From Escherichia coli (GTDB lineage: Bacteria; Pseudomonadota; Gammaproteobacteria; Enterobacterales; Enterobacteriaceae): a stretch of DNA of 1,140 bases. Shown here piece by piece: positions 1-1,140 of this stretch. Position 1 is the first letter of the stretch; the number at the start of each line of letters is the position of its first letter. The stretch is taken from assembly GCF_003334355.1 (NCBI RefSeq), contig NZ_QOWP01000095.1. One strand, 5' to 3'. Below the pieces are notes generated by a model. It saw only the letters and a program-made list of their open reading frames with translations. It was not told where the DNA came from and did not search any database. A program made the position numbers and the translations under genes.

Positions 1-158
1 GTCAGCCTGCCGTGACGGTCATACCGGTAAAGATAGTGCGCGTCACGGGCGATACGGTTATCCGGCCACATGCTGAGGGCGCTGTCCGGGTGCAGCTCCG
101 GGTCGGGCAGGCGGTTACCTGCCGGGTCTGTGGCATACGGGATATCAATGCCCAGGTT
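1..158 (-). CDS. ybfO: 5'-truncated orphan Rhs core fragment (internal Rhs core segment); continues beyond the left edge of the window
   Basis: Minus-strand frame with codons 158-156, 155-153 ... 5-3 translates without stops as [52 protein letters not shown]. This closely matches the Rhs core segment that I recall from RhsA (…[21 protein letters not shown]…WPDNRIA.DAHY.YR.D..GRLTEK), which lies roughly 330 aa before the DPxGL end of the core. GC content is high (58% in 1..60, 72% in 61..120), typical of Rhs core DNA. There is no ATG, GTG or TTG between the upstream TAA (191..189) and the homology start. The first in-frame ATG is at 71..69 and has no recognisable Shine-Dalgarno. It could equally be annotated as a pseudogene or remnant. 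The symbol ybfO is tentative and from recollection. Confidence 0.65.
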
Positions 159-188
159 ACATATAATAATAAGAGCAATTAACTTAAT

Positions 189-515
189 TTATTTGTTTAT
201 AATGCGCTTACTTAATACAAACCATTGAATATACCCTCCTGACAGAAAATAAAGCCATATTATTATCGCCATAATATACTTACTATCAATCCTTACGCCA
301 ATAATGTCTGATACAGTCCCTATAAATATTAGAGCAATAAAGAATACTATGCCTGTTGGAAAACATATTACCATCATTCCATAAGACATGAGACTAATTA
401 ACTCGCTCACATCACGAGTGGAGTCTAATAGTGAAAGTCTATGCATGGAAAAGAATAGTATTAAAAGCGATAAAGCCAGCCATATAGCTCTGAATAAAAA
501 AATAATATATTTCAT
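189..515 (-). CDS. ybfB: Small multi-pass inner-membrane protein (108 aa), presumptive cognate immunity protein for the upstream Rhs C-terminal toxin
   Basis: ORF of 108 codons with ATG at 515..513 and TAA at 191..189. A GGAG Shine-Dalgarno sits at 526..523, 7 nt upstream of the ATG. The start overlaps the toxin stop by 1 nt (TAATG), the usual toxin-immunity coupling arrangement. The protein has three hydrophobic segments by eye (IIFLFRAIWLALSLLILFFS, MMVICFPTGIVFFIALIFIGTV, IMAIIIWLYFLSGGYIQWFVL) and is very AT-rich (about 27% GC in 181..240), like the toxin tip and unlike the flanking core DNA. The symbol ybfB is from recollection of a 108-aa membrane protein downstream of rhsC in E. coli K-12; treat as tentative. 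Confidence 0.8.
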   Translation of the reverse strand: MKYIIFLFRAIWLALSLLILFFSMHRLSLLDSTRDVSELISLMSYGMMVICFPTGIVFFIALIFIGTVSDIIGVRIDSKYIMAIIIWLYFLSGGYIQWFVLSKRIINK

Positions 516-1140
516 TACATCACTCCGGTGAATACAAATCTAATAAAACGTCCAATGTTATTTCCGGAGCACTTCATCTTACATGTTTCTAAAGAATCAT
601 TAGACCAGTCTTGGCAGTTTTTAAATAGCCCTAAATTTATAGGTGTGAATATATCAGGCAATACAGAATAACGCGGCCTTACCTCTTTAAACTTCCCTTT
701 TAAACAGTTCTCCACACAACTATTATCGGTTTCAACGAGGTCACAACGGCCAGCAGCTTCTTTTGTATCATTACTTGCTTTACCTGGCCCCCATAGACCA
801 TCTCCTTTTGATTCTCCCCGTTGGTCTTGGCCACCACAAGTATAGTCCCCTTTACCATCTGGGACACAAAGATATTGATGATAGAACGGATTCCCCCATA
901 TATCTGGACCGCTTCTTTCACCAGTTCCGCCCATTGAATGCAGTGGCTTAATGCATTTTAGTGTTTCTAATCCTAATGGATCTATATTTGAGATCGGATT
1001 CAACGGATACTGATAAAAATTCCATCCCCCTTTCAGCCCAATCGGATCCTGAGTGATATATCGCCCCTGCAGCGGGTCATAATAGCGGTGGCGGTTGTAA
1101 TACAGGCCGGACTCCTCATCATACTGCTGCCCCGGCAGGC
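515..1140 (-). CDS. rhsC: Rhs-family polymorphic toxin, 3' portion (conserved core terminus plus variable C-terminal toxin domain); 5' end lies beyond the right edge of the window
   Basis: My manual translation of the minus strand upstream of the ORF-track start stays open to the window edge and reads [57 protein letters not shown], the canonical end of the Rhs repeat-associated core with the PxxxxDPxGL demarcation motif. The 'M' the ORF track places at 1003..1001 is a TTG codon inside this frame, not a real start. After DPLGL comes a 150-aa tail (967..518) with 9 Cys and a Gly-rich stretch, ending at a TAA stop (517..515). The symbol rhsC is a recollection-based guess from the 108-aa membrane protein neighbour and the downstream core fragment; Rhs cores are too similar between paralogues to assign on the core alone. 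Confidence 0.85.
   Translation of the reverse strand, partial: LPGQQYDEESGLYYNRHRYYDPLQGRYITQDPIGLKGGWNFYQYPLNPISNIDPLGLETLKCIKPLHSMGGTGERSGPDIWGNPFYHQYLCVPDGKGDYTCGGQDQRGESKGDGLWGPGKASNDTKEAAGRCDLVETDNSCVENCLKGKFKEVRPRYSVLPDIFTPINLGLFKNCQDWSNDSLETCKMKCSGNNIGRFIRFVFTGVM
518..967 (-). other. Variable C-terminal toxin domain of the Rhs protein (150 aa, Cys-rich, unclassified)
   Basis: Sequence after DPLGL: [150 protein letters not shown]. It has 9 Cys and 2 His, and I do not recognise a known toxin-family signature. Base composition differs from the core (about 32% GC in 541..600 versus about 58-72% GC in the core-derived stretch 1..120). Confidence 0.7.
523..526 (-). promoter_or_regulatory. 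Shine-Dalgarno (GGAG) for the immunity gene, embedded in the last codons of the toxin CDS
   Basis: Minus-strand sequence upstream of the immunity start reads ...TTCACCGGAGTGATGTAATG: GGAG, then a 7-nt spacer, then ATG. The same bases encode the toxin's final residues F-T-G-V-M. Confidence 0.6.
968..997 (-). other. PxxxxDPxGL motif ([10 protein letters not shown]) marking the Rhs core / C-terminal toxin boundary and the likely autoproteolytic cleavage site
   Basis: Direct translation: P at 997-995, D at 982-980, P at 979-977, L at 976-974, G at 973-971, L at 970-968. Upstream lies the conserved [20 protein letters not shown] block. Confidence 0.85.

Noticed and set aside
69-71. First in-frame ATG of the orphan Rhs fragment as an independent start
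   Set aside because: No Shine-Dalgarno precedes it (GACAGCGCCCTCAGC ATG) and it lies inside conserved core homology, so it is more likely an internal Met than a genuine initiation site. It cannot be excluded without expression data.
162-167. TATAAT hexamer on the plus strand in the spacer between the immunity gene and the orphan fragment
   Set aside because: The spacer is extremely AT-rich, so -10-like hexamers occur by chance. No appropriately spaced -35 was found, and it would fire antisense into the immunity gene.
3-182. Plus-strand open frame through the GC-rich left end ([17 protein letters not shown]...)
   Set aside because: It is antisense to well-supported Rhs core coding sequence. 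GC-rich DNA often leaves long open antisense frames, and the translation has no protein-like features.
700-921. 73-aa minus-strand ORF from the ORF track
   Set aside because: It is entirely nested within the Rhs toxin-tip CDS in another frame, with no RBS or recognisable domain. It is most likely a spurious overlapping ORF.
763-951. 62-aa plus-strand ORF from the ORF track
   Set aside because: It is antisense to the Rhs tip CDS, low-complexity (Leu/His/Pro-rich) and has no convincing start context. It is most likely an antisense artefact.
1001-1003. ORF-track start ('M') of the 162-aa minus-strand ORF
   Set aside because: The codon is TTG and lies inside a continuous open frame that translates as conserved Rhs core sequence up to the window edge. 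The real gene is 5'-partial and starts far upstream of the window.

Overview
The whole window reads on the minus strand as a piece of an Rhs polymorphic-toxin locus, most likely from an enterobacterium (E. coli-like). Positions 1140..515 encode the 3' end of an rhs gene: the GC-rich conserved core terminus (...[45 protein letters not shown]) followed by an AT-rich, cysteine-rich variable C-terminal toxin domain of about 150 aa. Its stop overlaps the start of a 108-aa multi-pass membrane protein (515..189), the presumptive cognate immunity gene. Immediately downstream the sequence turns GC-rich again (158..1) and encodes an internal Rhs core segment ([52 protein letters not shown]), i.e. the start of a 5'-truncated orphan rhs module that runs off the window. 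The layout resembles my recollection of the E. coli K-12 rhsC-ybfB-ybfO region, but that assignment rests on memory and is unverified. No tRNA, rRNA, CRISPR or IS element was seen. The most interesting item is the unclassified Cys-rich toxin tip paired with a membrane immunity protein.
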